Below are positions 36,934-47,339 of a stretch of DNA of 64,000 bases, piece by piece. The position numbers were made by a program, and so were the translations under genes. The stretch is taken from the NCBI GenBank assembly GCA_015058845.1, contig SVBO01000001.1, positions 3,934 through 67,933 on the forward strand, in the 5' to 3' direction. The notes under the pieces were generated by a model that was given only the letters and a program-made list of their open reading frames with translations, was not told the origin of the DNA and searched no databases. Source of the DNA: Erysipelotrichaceae bacterium. GTDB lineage: Bacteria > Bacillota_I > Bacilli_A > Erysipelotrichales > Erysipelotrichaceae. Positions within the stretch are counted from its first letter, which is position 1. Each line of letters starts with the position of its first letter.

Positions 36934-38032
36934 TTAGATCTGTTTCTTTAAATACTCATAGATAAAGCCATCAATAGCTCCATCCATCACACTATCCACA
37001 TTCCCTACTTCATAATTCGTACGATGATCCTTTACCATCGTATATGGACAGAATACATAAGAACGGATCTGGCTTCCCCATTCGATCGCCTTTTGCTCTC
37101 CTTTGATAGCAGCTAACTTAGCTTCTTGTTCTTCAATATGTCTTTGATATAACTTAGACTTCAACATATTCAAACAACGCTCTCTATTCTGGATCTGACT
37201 TCTTTCTGTTTGACAAGTCACTGTAATGCCAGTAGGAATATGAGTCATACGTACAGCAGAGTCTGTCTTATTGACATGTTGTCCACCAGCTCCACTAGCT
37301 CTCATTGTATCTACTTGAAGATCTTTATCCTCGATCACGATCTCGATATCATCCTGGAACTCTGGCATAACATCTACAGAGGCAAAGGAAGTATGTCTTC
37401 TTCCTCCACTATCAAATGGCGAAATACGTACTAATCTATGCACACCCTTCTCTGCTTTCATATAGCCATACGCAAAGGGACCATCTATCAGAATAGACAC
37501 AGACTTGATACCAGCCTCTTCTCCTTCTTGATAGTCTAATACCTTTACCTTAAAACCATGACGCTCTCCATATCTAGAATACATACGGAATAACATCTCT
37601 GCCCAGTCTTGACTCTCTGTGCCTCCAGCTCCTGGATGGATCTCTAGGATCGCATTGCTTCTATCATATGGATGAGACAGTAATACACGTAACTCAAAGG
37701 CTTCAAACTCTTGGGCTCCCTTACGATAATCTTCTTCTAGAATATCTAATAGATCAGCATCAAAGGAATCCTTTACCATCTCATACGTATCTGCTAATTC
37801 ACTATAATGCCTATCCAAAGACTCATACATACTACATAACTCTTTTAAAGCATTACACTCATCAATGACCTTCTTAGCCCCACGTTGATCTCCCCAGAAC
37901 CCATCTTCTAATTGCATTTGTTCTAGCTTATGGATCTGTTCCTTCTTGCTAGGCAAGTCAAAGTGAATCACCCAACTGTTGAAGTTTATCGCGTGTTGAT
38001 TCGATACCTTGTTTAATTTCGAATAATTCCAT
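36934..38032 (-). CDS. prfB: peptide chain release factor 2, requires programmed +1 frameshift at CTT TGA C (37963..37957)
   Basis: Frame 0 from the ATG at 38032 gives [24 protein letters not shown] then TGA. The +1 frame continues DLPSKKEQ.. into the 345-aa track ORF, which carries SPF and GGQHVNKT motifs. Confidence 0.92.
37957..37972 (-). promoter_or_regulatory. RF2 recoding site: SD-like GGTGAT, 3-nt spacer, CTT TGA C
   Basis: Minus strand reads GGGTGATTCACTTTGAC. Confidence 0.85.
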
Positions 38033-40390
38033 CTAGTTTTCCTCGTCTTTATACTTTTCTACAAAGCGTAGCTTCATACAATAGTTTACTACTTCCGCAG
38101 AAATATTAGCCATCATATCTTCAAACATCTTGAAACCTTCAGAGATATAAGCTTGTAATGGTGAACCAGTTGCATATCCACGTAAATGGATACCTTCTCT
38201 TAACTTACTCATCATATCGATATGATCGATCCAGTTACGGTCTAATAACTTCAATACAACTACCTTTTCAAATGGTAAGTATTTCTCACGATATGGTTCG
38301 ATCTTAGCTTCATATAGATCCCAGATAGCCTTAACGACCTTTTCTTCCACATCCTTGACATCCATGTCTGTATAAGCAGCTGGATCTAGTACATTTTCTG
38401 GTAAATTCAATAAACTTAATGACTTATTTAATTCCTCAATATCTACGACAGGAGTCTTTGGTGCATAGTCTGTACAACGTGCTACATATCCACCGATCAC
38501 ACGATCGAACATATCTTTCACAAGTGTATGTGCTTCTGGATGTTCTAGGATATAGTTACGTTGCTTGTAGATAACTTCACGTTGTTGACGTAATACATCA
38601 TCATAGTCTAATAATGTCTTACGCATATCGAAGTGGTTTCCTTCTACTCTCTTTTGAGCAGAAGCGATTGACTTAGTTACCATCTTAGATTCGATAGCTT
38701 GATCTCCTAATTGATCAAAGATACCTTGGATCTTCTCTGAACCGAAACGGATCATGATCTCATCTTGTAAAGATACATAGAAACGTGAGTACCCTACATC
38801 CCCTTGACGACCAGAACGTCCACGTAATTGGTTATCAATACGACGTGATTCATGTCTTTCACTACCTAGTACTGCTAGACCACCTAGTTCAACAACCCCT
38901 TCTCCTAACTTGATATCGGTACCACGACCTGCCATGTTAGTTGCGATAGTGACAGCATTCTTTTGACCTGCCTTAGCAATGATCTCTGCTTCTCTAGCAT
39001 GGTTCTTAGCATTTAATACTTCATGACGTACCTTTACAGCAGTCAACATCTTACTTAATAATTCACTTGTTTCTACAGCAATAGTACCTACTAATACTGG
39101 TTGTCCCTTACGATGACATTCTAGTACTTCATTAACTAATGCTTTATACTTAGCAGCCTTTGTACCATATACAGCATCTGGATAATCGATACGAGCAACA
39201 GGCATATTCGTAGGAATCTCGAATACACGCATGTTATAGATAGATTGGAATTCTTCTTCCTCTGTCTTAGCAGTACCAGTCATACCTGCTAGTTTATTAT
39301 ATAAACGGAAATAGTTTTGGTATGTGATCGTTGCTAGTGTAGAAGTTTCTTGTTTGATAGTTACGCCTTCTTTAGCTTCTAATGCTTGGTGTAATCCATC
39401 TGAATAAGCACGTCCTTTCATTAGACGTCCTGTGAATTGGTCTACGATGATGATCTCGTTGTCTTGTACTACATATTCCACATCTTTTGCCATGATGTAG
39501 TTTGCTTTTAAGGCTTGGTTGATGTGGTGTACTAATTGCGTATTAGCTAGATCATATAGGTTATTGACCTTGAACCCTTTCTCAGCCTTAGCAACACCTT
39601 GTTCTGTTAAAGAGATCGTCTTAGTCTTAATATCGATCTCGAAGTCTTCTCCTTCTTTGATAGCCTTAGCAAATTGATCTGCTGCACGATATAGATTAGC
39701 AGTTTGCTTTTGTCCACCAGAAATAATAAGAGGTGTTCTAGATTCATCGATCAAGATAGAGTCAACTTCATCGACGATCGCATAGTTTAAAGGACGCATA
39801 ACACGTTCTTCTACACTAGTTACCATATTATCACGTAAGTAGTCGAAACCTACTTCTGAGTTAGTTGTATACATAATATCGCATTCATATACTGCACGTT
39901 TTTGCTTAGCAGATAAGGCACGCATATTTACCCCTACAGTAAGTCCTAAGAACTTATGTACAGCTCCCATCAACTCTGCACCTACAGATACTAAGTATTC
40001 ATTGACTGTTACGATATGAACACCCTTACCACTTAACGCATTTAAATACGCAGGAAGAACAGATGTTAGTGTCTTACCTTCACCAGTCTTCATCTCTGCG
40101 ATATCGCCTTCATGTAGCACGACAGCACCCATTAATTGTACAAAGAATGGGAACTCCCCGCGTACACGATAACACGCTTCACGTGCTACTGCAAATGCTT
40201 CTACCATGATATCATCTTCTGTAGCTCCATTTGCTAGACGTTCTCTAAATTCTACTGTTTTATGTTTTAATTCCTCATCGCTCAATGCTCTAACTTGATC
40301 CTTAAGAGCATCTACTAAATGGGCTTTTGCTTCTACTTTCTTCAATAACTTTTTATCGACTTGTAGTAATTGGTCAAAGATTGTAGCCAT
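38033..40390 (-). CDS. secA: preprotein translocase ATPase SecA (785 aa, no C-terminal zinc-binding tail)
   Basis: [29 protein letters not shown] motifs. Its stop TAG directly abuts the prfB ATG. Confidence 0.95.
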   Translation of the reverse strand: MATIFDQLLQVDKKLLKKVEAKAHLVDALKDQVRALSDEELKHKTVEFRERLANGATEDDIMVEAFAVAREACYRVRGEFPFFVQLMGAVVLHEGDIAEMKTGEGKTLTSVLPAYLNALSGKGVHIVTVNEYLVSVGAELMGAVHKFLGLTVGVNMRALSAKQKRAVYECDIMYTTNSEVGFDYLRDNMVTSVEERVMRPLNYAIVDEVDSILIDESRTPLIISGGQKQTANLYRAADQFAKAIKEGEDFEIDIKTKTISLTEQGVAKAEKGFKVNNLYDLANTQLVHHINQALKANYIMAKDVEYVVQDNEIIIVDQFTGRLMKGRAYSDGLHQALEAKEGVTIKQETSTLATITYQNYFRLYNKLAGMTGTAKTEEEEFQSIYNMRVFEIPTNMPVARIDYPDAVYGTKAAKYKALVNEVLECHRKGQPVLVGTIAVETSELLSKMLTAVKVRHEVLNAKNHAREAEIIAKAGQKNAVTIATNMAGRGTDIKLGEGVVELGGLAVLGSERHESRRIDNQLRGRSGRQGDVGYSRFYVSLQDEIMIRFGSEKIQGIFDQLGDQAIESKMVTKSIASAQKRVEGNHFDMRKTLLDYDDVLRQQREVIYKQRNYILEHPEAHTLVKDMFDRVIGGYVARCTDYAPKTPVVDIEELNKSLSLLNLPENVLDPAAYTDMDVKDVEEKVVKAIWDLYEAKIEPYREKYLPFEKVVVLKLLDRNWIDHIDMMSKLREGIHLRGYATGSPLQAYISEGFKMFEDMMANISAEVVNYCMKLRFVEKYKDEEN

Positions 40391-40466
40391 ATTGAATCTC
40401 CTTTATATACATAATACACTATATCTATTATATTTTATCAGTTTTTCATTTTTTTGCAAGGAATAT

Positions 40467-40489
40467 AAAAAGAGGCAACTGCCTCTTTT
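40467..40489 (-). terminator. terminator after the csp gene
   Basis: AGAGGC-aact-GCCTCT with flanking A/T runs. Confidence 0.65.
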
Positions 40490-40492
40490 ATG

Positions 40493-40690
40493 CTAGAGTT
40501 TCACAATGTTGCGAGCTTGTAGTCCGCGTTCTGTCTCAACTAATTCGAATTCTACTTGAACATCAGCTTCGATTGTCTTATAGCCTTCCATTACTAATTG
40601 AGAATAGTGGAAGAATACATCTTTACCATCTTCTAACTTGATAAAGCCATATCCCTTCTCTTGATTAAACATTTTGATTTTTCCTGTCAT
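40493..40690 (-). CDS. cold-shock protein (CspA family)
   Basis: 65 aa. KGYGFI and VFFHYS RNP motifs. Confidence 0.92.
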   Translation of the reverse strand: MTGKIKMFNQEKGYGFIKLEDGKDVFFHYSQLVMEGYKTIEADVQVEFELVETERGLQARNIVKL

Positions 40691-40738
40691 GCAATTATCC
40701 TAATACCTTTCTTTAAAACGTGGAATACCACGAGAGAT

Positions 40739-40767
40739 ATTATAGCATCTTACAAACTATTACGCAA
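40739..40767 (-). promoter_or_regulatory. promoter TTGCGT-N17-TATAAT for the downstream csp gene
   Basis: Read on the minus strand between the two csp genes. Confidence 0.55.
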
Positions 40768-40795
40768 GATTATAATCGCCGCACACTCTAAACCT

Positions 40796-40993
40796 TTAAA
40801 CCTTTACGACATTGCGCGCTTGTGGACCACGTTCGTTTACGATTAGATCGAATTCTACTACTTGTCCTTCTTCTAGTGTCTTATATCCCATTTGATGGAT
40901 CTGTGAATAATGAACGAAAATGTCATTTCCACCTTCCTGTGAGATAAAGCCAAAGCCTTTTTCAGCGTTAAACCATTTTACTTTGCCCTGCAT
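40796..40993 (-). CDS. cold-shock protein (CspA family), tandem paralogue
   Basis: 65 aa. KGFGFI and VFVHYS. Confidence 0.92.
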   Translation of the reverse strand: MQGKVKWFNAEKGFGFISQEGGNDIFVHYSQIHQMGYKTLEEGQVVEFDLIVNERGPQARNVVKV

Positions 40994-41064
40994 ACTGGTA
41001 ATTCTCCTTTCACTTCATCTACAGTATACTTGCTATACTATAACTAATCAAAACAATTCACTCG

Positions 41065-41691
41065 TCAAAGTTCGACACCCCTTTTCTCCTCATTATACAA
41101 ACATACTAATAACTCTACATCTACTAACTCTAATAACTCTCTAGCAGCTTCTAAGGTAGCCCCACTACTCATAACATCATCTACCAAAACGACCTTCTTA
41201 TTTCTAAGAGTATTCTTTAGTTCCTCATCCACACCTAGTCTTTCTCTTACATGGACTCGGTCTTGTTTCGTATACTTAGATTGTTTATAACGTACTTTCT
41301 TATATAGGGGATATACTTCATTTCGGGTAATATTCTCAAAGAGTACGGGTAAGTGTTTGAATCCTCTCTCCTCATCATCTTCTCTGTGGGAGGGCATATA
41401 CACAAAGGTATGATCTTTGAATCTCTTATGTAGTGCTTGACGGATCTTGGGGTGGATCAGTAGGTCTTTATACCATTTCTCTCCATTACCTTTCAATGAG
41501 ATCAATTGTCCCATATTCTCTTCATTATAAGTATGTAGATAATACAAAGGATAGCCTTTATACTCACTCACATGGATCTCTTCATATGCCTTCTGTAAAC
41601 AATGCTTGCAGAATGGTACACTTCTTACAAATAGTCCTAATACACTTGGATAGAACTTCCCACACTGTACACATCGATCATCCATGGGCAT
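41065..41691 (-). CDS. comFC: ComF family protein (ComFC, PRTase-like)
   Basis: N-terminal CxxC zinc finger and C-terminal VVLVDDVMSSGATL. Overlaps comFA. Confidence 0.8.
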   Translation of the reverse strand: MPMDDRCVQCGKFYPSVLGLFVRSVPFCKHCLQKAYEEIHVSEYKGYPLYYLHTYNEENMGQLISLKGNGEKWYKDLLIHPKIRQALHKRFKDHTFVYMPSHREDDEERGFKHLPVLFENITRNEVYPLYKKVRYKQSKYTKQDRVHVRERLGVDEELKNTLRNKKVVLVDDVMSSGATLEAARELLELVDVELLVCLYNEEKRGVEL

Positions 41692-42829
41692 TCATCTCCT
41701 GTAGTCTATTGATCGCCTTCTCGACATTCTCACTTCTCTTAGTACACAAGAATACACAATCTCCTTCCCTAGCTTCTACCTTTCTACCTACTCTACCACT
41801 GATCTGGATCAAAGAGGCTAGAGAGAATACTGGATGATCTGCTTGGAGTACTATGACTTGAACATCACTAATGGTAATCCCTCGTTCCATCACTGTAGTA
41901 CATACTATGATCTGATACTTATGAGACTTCATTTCTCTGTTATAGTATTCTCTATTGGTACTTTGGGATGTGAGTACTAATACACTAGGGCAATAGTATT
42001 TCAGTAGTCTTCCTAATTGATATGCTTTCTGAATACTCGGTACGAATAATAAGGTAGTCTTATGAGAATGTTGGTGTAAGAAGTCTAGCATATGGAGATA
42101 GAGATACCAGTTATATCCGATCTTCACTTCTGGTATACATAACTTTCCCTTATGGAATCTTTCAAAGAGCGTAACTAACTTCATCTTCCCTTGTTCACAT
42201 GTTTCTAACATTTCATCACTAGGAGTGGCAGTGAGATATACCTTATTCCCCTTACAAGCAAAGTGTACTAGACTCTCTAACAAAGGATCTCCTCTGAAAG
42301 GAAAGGCATCTACCTCATCTACGATCAATACACCGAATACCTTCTCATACCGAAATAATTGATGTGTCGTACAGATGACGAGATCTGCATCAATGTTATC
42401 ATGATGTTCTCCATATACAGCGATCACACTCTTTCGACTATATGCTTCCTTGAATCTTTGTTGCAGTTCGATCACTACCTCCTTTCTAGGAATCGCTATA
42501 CCGACCTTTATATGCTGCTTCATACAGTACGTGATCAGAGGCATGACCATTTCTGTTTTCCCAGCACCACAGGCAGCATAGACTAATACATCTTGTTTCT
42601 CTTGGATTCCTGCAATGATCTCTATAGAAGCTATTTGTTGTTTCTGACTTAGACTATAGGATAGTTCATAGTCACTATCCTCACTACTTGGAAAGTGCCA
42701 TATACGAGTAGAGAGTGGAGCATCTACATAGAATCTACCCATCTTCTTACAAGCTTCACAGTAGTATCCTTTACTAGTCTTATGAAACTCTTTCGTGTTT
42801 CCACATCTACGACAGTATAGTTCTTCCAT
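41678..42829 (-). CDS. comFA: DEAD/DEAH-box helicase ComFA-like, with N-terminal zinc finger
   Basis: CRRCGN..CEAC. Walker A ACGAGKTE, DEVD box, motif VI SGRVGR. Confidence 0.8.
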   Translation of the reverse strand: MEELYCRRCGNTKEFHKTSKGYYCEACKKMGRFYVDAPLSTRIWHFPSSEDSDYELSYSLSQKQQIASIEIIAGIQEKQDVLVYAACGAGKTEMVMPLITYCMKQHIKVGIAIPRKEVVIELQQRFKEAYSRKSVIAVYGEHHDNIDADLVICTTHQLFRYEKVFGVLIVDEVDAFPFRGDPLLESLVHFACKGNKVYLTATPSDEMLETCEQGKMKLVTLFERFHKGKLCIPEVKIGYNWYLYLHMLDFLHQHSHKTTLLFVPSIQKAYQLGRLLKYYCPSVLVLTSQSTNREYYNREMKSHKYQIIVCTTVMERGITISDVQVIVLQADHPVFSLASLIQISGRVGRKVEAREGDCVFLCTKRSENVEKAINRLQEMNAHG

Positions 42830-42985
42830 TTTGATCCTCCACTTTATTATTATAAATAGTTTGAGAAATGGGCATGAGTTTCTTATATTTCTTGAAAAGT
42901 TCAGATATAACGAATTATTTCTAAATTTTATTTAGATATATGATAAGTATTTGAGGATTAGAAAAGGAGAAAGCTATGCTCTCTC

Positions 42986-43840
42986 CTAGTCCATATCGAT
43001 TCTCTTAATGTATTGTAGTACGATACAACCGATCCCCATGTGAGCTCCAATAATAGAAGTTAACTGTCTATATAATACCTCATTACGAGGGAACTCTGTA
43101 CGTACTCTTCTTAAGAAATACCTACCAGACTCATCATCTGCTACATGTCCCACAGTCAACAAATAATCATCCGTGATCTCTTGTTTCACCATCTTAGCAA
43201 TACACTCTTCCATAGCCTTCTGCATCGTATACGCATGAGCAAACGAATCTAGTCTACCCTCAGTACTCTTATTTAAATATAATATCGGTTTGATCTTCAA
43301 TAACTCTCCCACAGTAGCCCAAGCAGAAGAGATCTTACCACCTCTGACCATATGATTCAGATCATTCATAATGATCATCGTACAATTATCTAAGATCGCA
43401 CCCTGTAAACGCTCCTTGACCTCTTCCACACTCTTCCCATCATCAAATAATGTCTTAGCACTCTGTACTAAATATAACTGATTAGAGAATGCAGAATAAC
43501 ACTCAATATACTCTAACGGAATACCCACTTTCTCACTTGCCTGTAGCATAGCAGAAAGAATATTCGTAAGTGAATTACAGATAGGTACTGCAAAGATCAT
43601 ATCATACTCTTCTTTTAATGTCGTAAATAGACTCTCGATCTTCTCCATCGGTGGCAAAGTGATCTCCACTCTCTCACCACTCGCTAATAGTCTATACACT
43701 TCATCATTCGTGATCGTTTCGCCTTCCAACTCAACAGAAGCACTTGTCTTTACTTGTAAAGGTAATACATAGATACCCGTATCTAGACCCTGTTCCAAGC
43801 TCATTCCACTTCCGCTGTCTGTTACCACAGCCACACGCAT
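42986..43840 (-). CDS. DegV family fatty-acid-binding protein
   Basis: MRVAVVTDSGSG.. N-terminus, 284 aa. Confidence 0.85.
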   Translation of the reverse strand: MRVAVVTDSGSGMSLEQGLDTGIYVLPLQVKTSASVELEGETITNDEVYRLLASGERVEITLPPMEKIESLFTTLKEEYDMIFAVPICNSLTNILSAMLQASEKVGIPLEYIECYSAFSNQLYLVQSAKTLFDDGKSVEEVKERLQGAILDNCTMIIMNDLNHMVRGGKISSAWATVGELLKIKPILYLNKSTEGRLDSFAHAYTMQKAMEECIAKMVKQEITDDYLLTVGHVADDESGRYFLRRVRTEFPRNEVLYRQLTSIIGAHMGIGCIVLQYIKRIDMD

Positions 43841-44033
43841 AAATGAGGATCCCTCCTATATCTGATAAAATAGCTAGTATCATATACTAGTTATCTAAGT
43901 ATATATTATCCGTTTTATACAGAAATTGCAATAGTGAGTAAAGTTTCTACTACATTTCACATCACTATTCCATAATTAGACTTATCAAGAGTCAAAAAGC
44001 ATGGTAAAATGAGGGAAAATAGGAGGTATGCTT

Positions 44034-44645
44034 ATGTATCGTATCGCGCAGGAATATATAAGAACTATGGAGATAGAGAAGTCTAAGTTCATCACTTATA
44101 CTAAGAAAGTGTTCTCTGAAGAAGAAGCGAAAGCCTACTTAGCAAGCATTCGTAAAGAACATCCTAATGCTACACATCATTGCTATGCCTTCGTGATCGG
44201 TCCTAATCATGAGCAACAAAGATCTAATGATGATGGAGAGCCTTCTGGTACAGCAGGAGTGCCTATGTTAGAGGCTCTTAGACTCTCTGGGATCCATGAT
44301 TGTATCGTAGTGACGGTGCGATACTTTGGGGGTATCAAGCTAGGGGCTGGTGGACTTGTGCGTGCCTATTCTAGTAGTGTGTCTTTGTGTTTACAAGAGG
44401 CTCCTAAGGTAGTTATGTGTGAGATGTTGGAATATACGATCTCCTTTGGGTATGAGTGGATCAATAAGATCGATTATCTATTACAGAATAAAAACGCCAT
44501 TCTCTTATCTAAAGAGTATGACGTGAATGTTACTTATAAGTTTGCTTTAAGTGATGATTCTATCGAATTACAATTACGTGAATTAAGTAGTGGTACTCTA
44601 CAAGTACCTCCTCCTATCAAAACTGTGATCGAGAAGCCTCTATAA
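44034..44645 (+). CDS. YigZ/IMPACT family protein (UPF0029)
   Basis: IEKSKFI.., ATHHCYAF, DDGEPSGTAG, RYFGGIKLGAGGL motifs. The ATG at 44034 is better spaced from AGGAGG than the one at 44028. Confidence 0.85.
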   Translation: MYRIAQEYIRTMEIEKSKFITYTKKVFSEEEAKAYLASIRKEHPNATHHCYAFVIGPNHEQQRSNDDGEPSGTAGVPMLEALRLSGIHDCIVVTVRYFGGIKLGAGGLVRAYSSSVSLCLQEAPKVVMCEMLEYTISFGYEWINKIDYLLQNKNAILLSKEYDVNVTYKFALSDDSIELQLRELSSGTLQVPPPIKTVIEKPL

Positions 44646-45428
44646 CTTCCATAACTCACTCATAGAGATAAAGCTAATATGATCGGCATGTTTCTTAGCC
44701 ATGAGTCTTTGTTCCTTAATGTTCCCTTGATGGACTTGTGTTAGAAGCGTACGATCCAGCATATATTGTACATATAATACTTTCTTGATCAGGAACCATG
44801 TGACAATGGTTCCTTTTATAATTTCTTCTTTACGATCTCTATCCCCCGTGATCTGATCACTCACACTACCTCTGATCTCTTCAGACCATTCCACAACACG
44901 CTCTTCAAATGCCTCATAATTTGGAAACAAACTACTATCTAATCTTCTTTGTACACTACCACACTTCTGATCCTTAGCAAAAAGGGATTCTATCACATCT
45001 TTCAAATGTTCTCTATCACAAGATACTAATGCATTACGATGTTCATTCAATAAGCCCATAGGTTCACTGATACAGAAGTATAAGGCCTTAGTGCGGATAT
45101 ATTCCTCTGCTAGGATCACTGCTCTTTCTTCTCCCTTAGCAGTATATCCATATAGGATATACGGATAGTACAAGGCCTTCTCTTTGATCTTGAAAGCATC
45201 TTTATATCGAATGATCTTATTAGTCACTACCTCATCATTGATATCTAGTCTTAACCCCACTATGATCTTGATACTAGGATCTATCTCAACGATCTCCTCT
45301 AGTACCTCTTTCCATTTCATACTCAGATCTTCTGCCATACTAACATAATCTTCTAGATAGCCATTGAATTCCATATGATCTTTACATGTACTCAATACTT
45401 CACACAGTTCCATATACGATCCCACCAT
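44640..45428 (-). CDS. hypothetical protein
   Basis: 262-aa ORF, native-like composition, no motif recognised. Its 3' end overlaps the convergent yigZ by 6 nt. Confidence 0.5.
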   Translation of the reverse strand: MVGSYMELCEVLSTCKDHMEFNGYLEDYVSMAEDLSMKWKEVLEEIVEIDPSIKIIVGLRLDINDEVVTNKIIRYKDAFKIKEKALYYPYILYGYTAKGEERAVILAEEYIRTKALYFCISEPMGLLNEHRNALVSCDREHLKDVIESLFAKDQKCGSVQRRLDSSLFPNYEAFEERVVEWSEEIRGSVSDQITGDRDRKEEIIKGTIVTWFLIKKVLYVQYMLDRTLLTQVHQGNIKEQRLMAKKHADHISFISMSELWKL

Positions 45429-45606
45429 TCTTATTATCTTTATACTATATTTTGAAAGGAATTAAAATACTTTAGTATGAATTTTCGTAATTCTTATTCT
45501 TTGTTGTATGGATAGTAGTTTGTCTTGTTTGGGAATTTGTTTAAAAAGCATAGAAAGTTATGGGGTGTTGTGCTATAATTTACTTGAAGAAGAGGAGGAT
45601 GTATGT

Positions 45607-45930
45607 ATGAAATTAATACTTGCGATCGTATCTGATGATGATTGTACTGAGGTTTCTTCCTCACTGACAAAGAATAAGTTCTCTGTGACTCGCTTAGCGA
45701 CTACAGGTGGCTTCTTGAAATCTGGTAACTCTACTCTGATTTGTGGTGTGGATGATGAACATGTAGACACAGTTATTTCTATTATCAGTGCTAACTCTCG
45801 TAAGAGAACGCAGATCGTTCCTTCTAGTAGTTCATTTGATCTAGGACGTTATGGTTCTTATCCAATTGAAGTTACTGTGGGTGGCGCTACGATCTTCGTG
45901 CTTGATGTAGAACAATTCATTAAGGTATAA
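45607..45930 (+). CDS. darA: cyclic-di-AMP receptor PII-like protein (DarA/PstA, YaaQ family)
   Basis: MKLILAIVSDDD..FSVTRLATTGGFLKSGNSTL..VGGATIFVL closely parallels B. subtilis YaaQ. AGGAGG precedes the ATG at 45607. Confidence 0.85.
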   Translation: MKLILAIVSDDDCTEVSSSLTKNKFSVTRLATTGGFLKSGNSTLICGVDDEHVDTVISIISANSRKRTQIVPSSSSFDLGRYGSYPIEVTVGGATIFVLDVEQFIKV

Positions 45931-45937
45931 GTACTTG

Positions 45938-45963
45938 AGCAGGCTATGGCCTGCTTTTTATTT
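45938..45963 (+). terminator. terminator after darA
   Basis: AGCAGGC-tatg-GCCTGCT followed by TTTTTATTTT. Confidence 0.75.
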
Positions 45964-46080
45964 TCAATACACATTTCTCTTATATCTCTAGTACTACTAT
46001 TCTTCTATAGAACTTTGTTAATTCTCTAGAATTCGACTATCCTCTCATTCATACTAGTACTATGACAGGAGGTATAATCC

Positions 46081-47265
46081 ATGGAGAAGAGCTATATTGG
46101 AGCTTATATACAACATTATCGTAAGAAAAGGAATATGACACAGAGTGAACTAGCCCAAGGCTATTGTGTACGCCAAACACTCTCTAAGATCGAGAAGGGA
46201 ATAGATGGTGTTGCTTGGAATGATTACCTCTCTTTGCTAGAGCATCTTCATCTTACATACCTAGACATCGATAGAACCATCCTCTATCAACACCTAGAAA
46301 CACTCTATCAAGTCTATCTAAATGACCAAGACCTACGACCACACTTTCAAACACTATATACCCACTTACATCTAGAAGATATCTTACATCAAGAGTATCA
46401 TGCTGCCTTACAAGTCTTATATACCTACTACATAGACCATAAGTCGATCCATATAGATATCCAAGAAACATTACTCTCTCAAAGGAATATGTATCCATTC
46501 CCATTACGTTATCTAATCAACCATATGGTATACCAATTACAAAGTATATATCTAAGTGATCGTAAACTTGAGAAATATGCCCTCAAACATACTCTATTCA
46601 CACCCCAGGAACCACTCTCTATCCGCAACCAGATTCCTCTTCTTATTTCCTTAAAGAGGTACCTAGAAGCCTATGAGATCACCCAAGAACTATATACCCA
46701 TACTACACATTATACACTACAACTAGAAGCCCTACGCTATACCCTAGTACTCTATGATCTGATCCAACCTGTATTCTCTTATACACCGATCCATAGGATC
46801 GAAGAGTTCTTACTTACTCATCGTAATGATCTAACTAGTAAACAGATCTGTGATACCTACTATCAAATAGGTACTATATTACTGAATAATCATGATTATC
46901 CCTATGCATATACCTGTTTCAAGAATTGCCATGAAGTATCTCCATCCTTACTATCCACAGTCATACTAATGAATTACATAGCATTACATAAGAATACCCA
47001 ACTACCCTTCATCACACTCCCTACCCATACCCTTAAGACCCATTCTCTTTATACTACTCTATACCAATACTTTGCCTATAAACAAAGATTACTCACTGCC
47101 AAGGTAAATACCTTATTACTCTATAATGGATTAGAAACATATCTAATGAATCATATTCTTGATCTTTCGATCCAGGATCGTTTGTTACATAGTATTATTC
47201 AAGAAGAGATACGGGTCGTATACCATCATACTAAGAATTCGAAATTGTTACCTGTATTAGGATAG
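46081..47265 (+). CDS. XRE-family HTH regulator with long helical-repeat (TPR/RRNPP-like) C-terminal domain
   Basis: N-terminus IQHYRKKRNMTQSELAQGYCVRQTLSKIEKG. The remainder is His/Tyr/Thr/Leu/Gln-rich helical sequence. Confidence 0.7.
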   Translation: MEKSYIGAYIQHYRKKRNMTQSELAQGYCVRQTLSKIEKGIDGVAWNDYLSLLEHLHLTYLDIDRTILYQHLETLYQVYLNDQDLRPHFQTLYTHLHLEDILHQEYHAALQVLYTYYIDHKSIHIDIQETLLSQRNMYPFPLRYLINHMVYQLQSIYLSDRKLEKYALKHTLFTPQEPLSIRNQIPLLISLKRYLEAYEITQELYTHTTHYTLQLEALRYTLVLYDLIQPVFSYTPIHRIEEFLLTHRNDLTSKQICDTYYQIGTILLNNHDYPYAYTCFKNCHEVSPSLLSTVILMNYIALHKNTQLPFITLPTHTLKTHSLYTTLYQYFAYKQRLLTAKVNTLLLYNGLETYLMNHILDLSIQDRLLHSIIQEEIRVVYHHTKNSKLLPVLG

Positions 47266-47339
47266 ATTTGTATATTTATACGATACAAGTCTTATATGTA
47301 TGTATTCTTTGTGGTATGATTAAGCAAAGAGGTAGCCTT

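Noticed and set aside
40493-40993. Tandem csp genes as a recent duplication or repeat element
   Set aside because: The nucleotide sequences are clearly diverged and each gene has its own promoter. They are ordinary paralogues.
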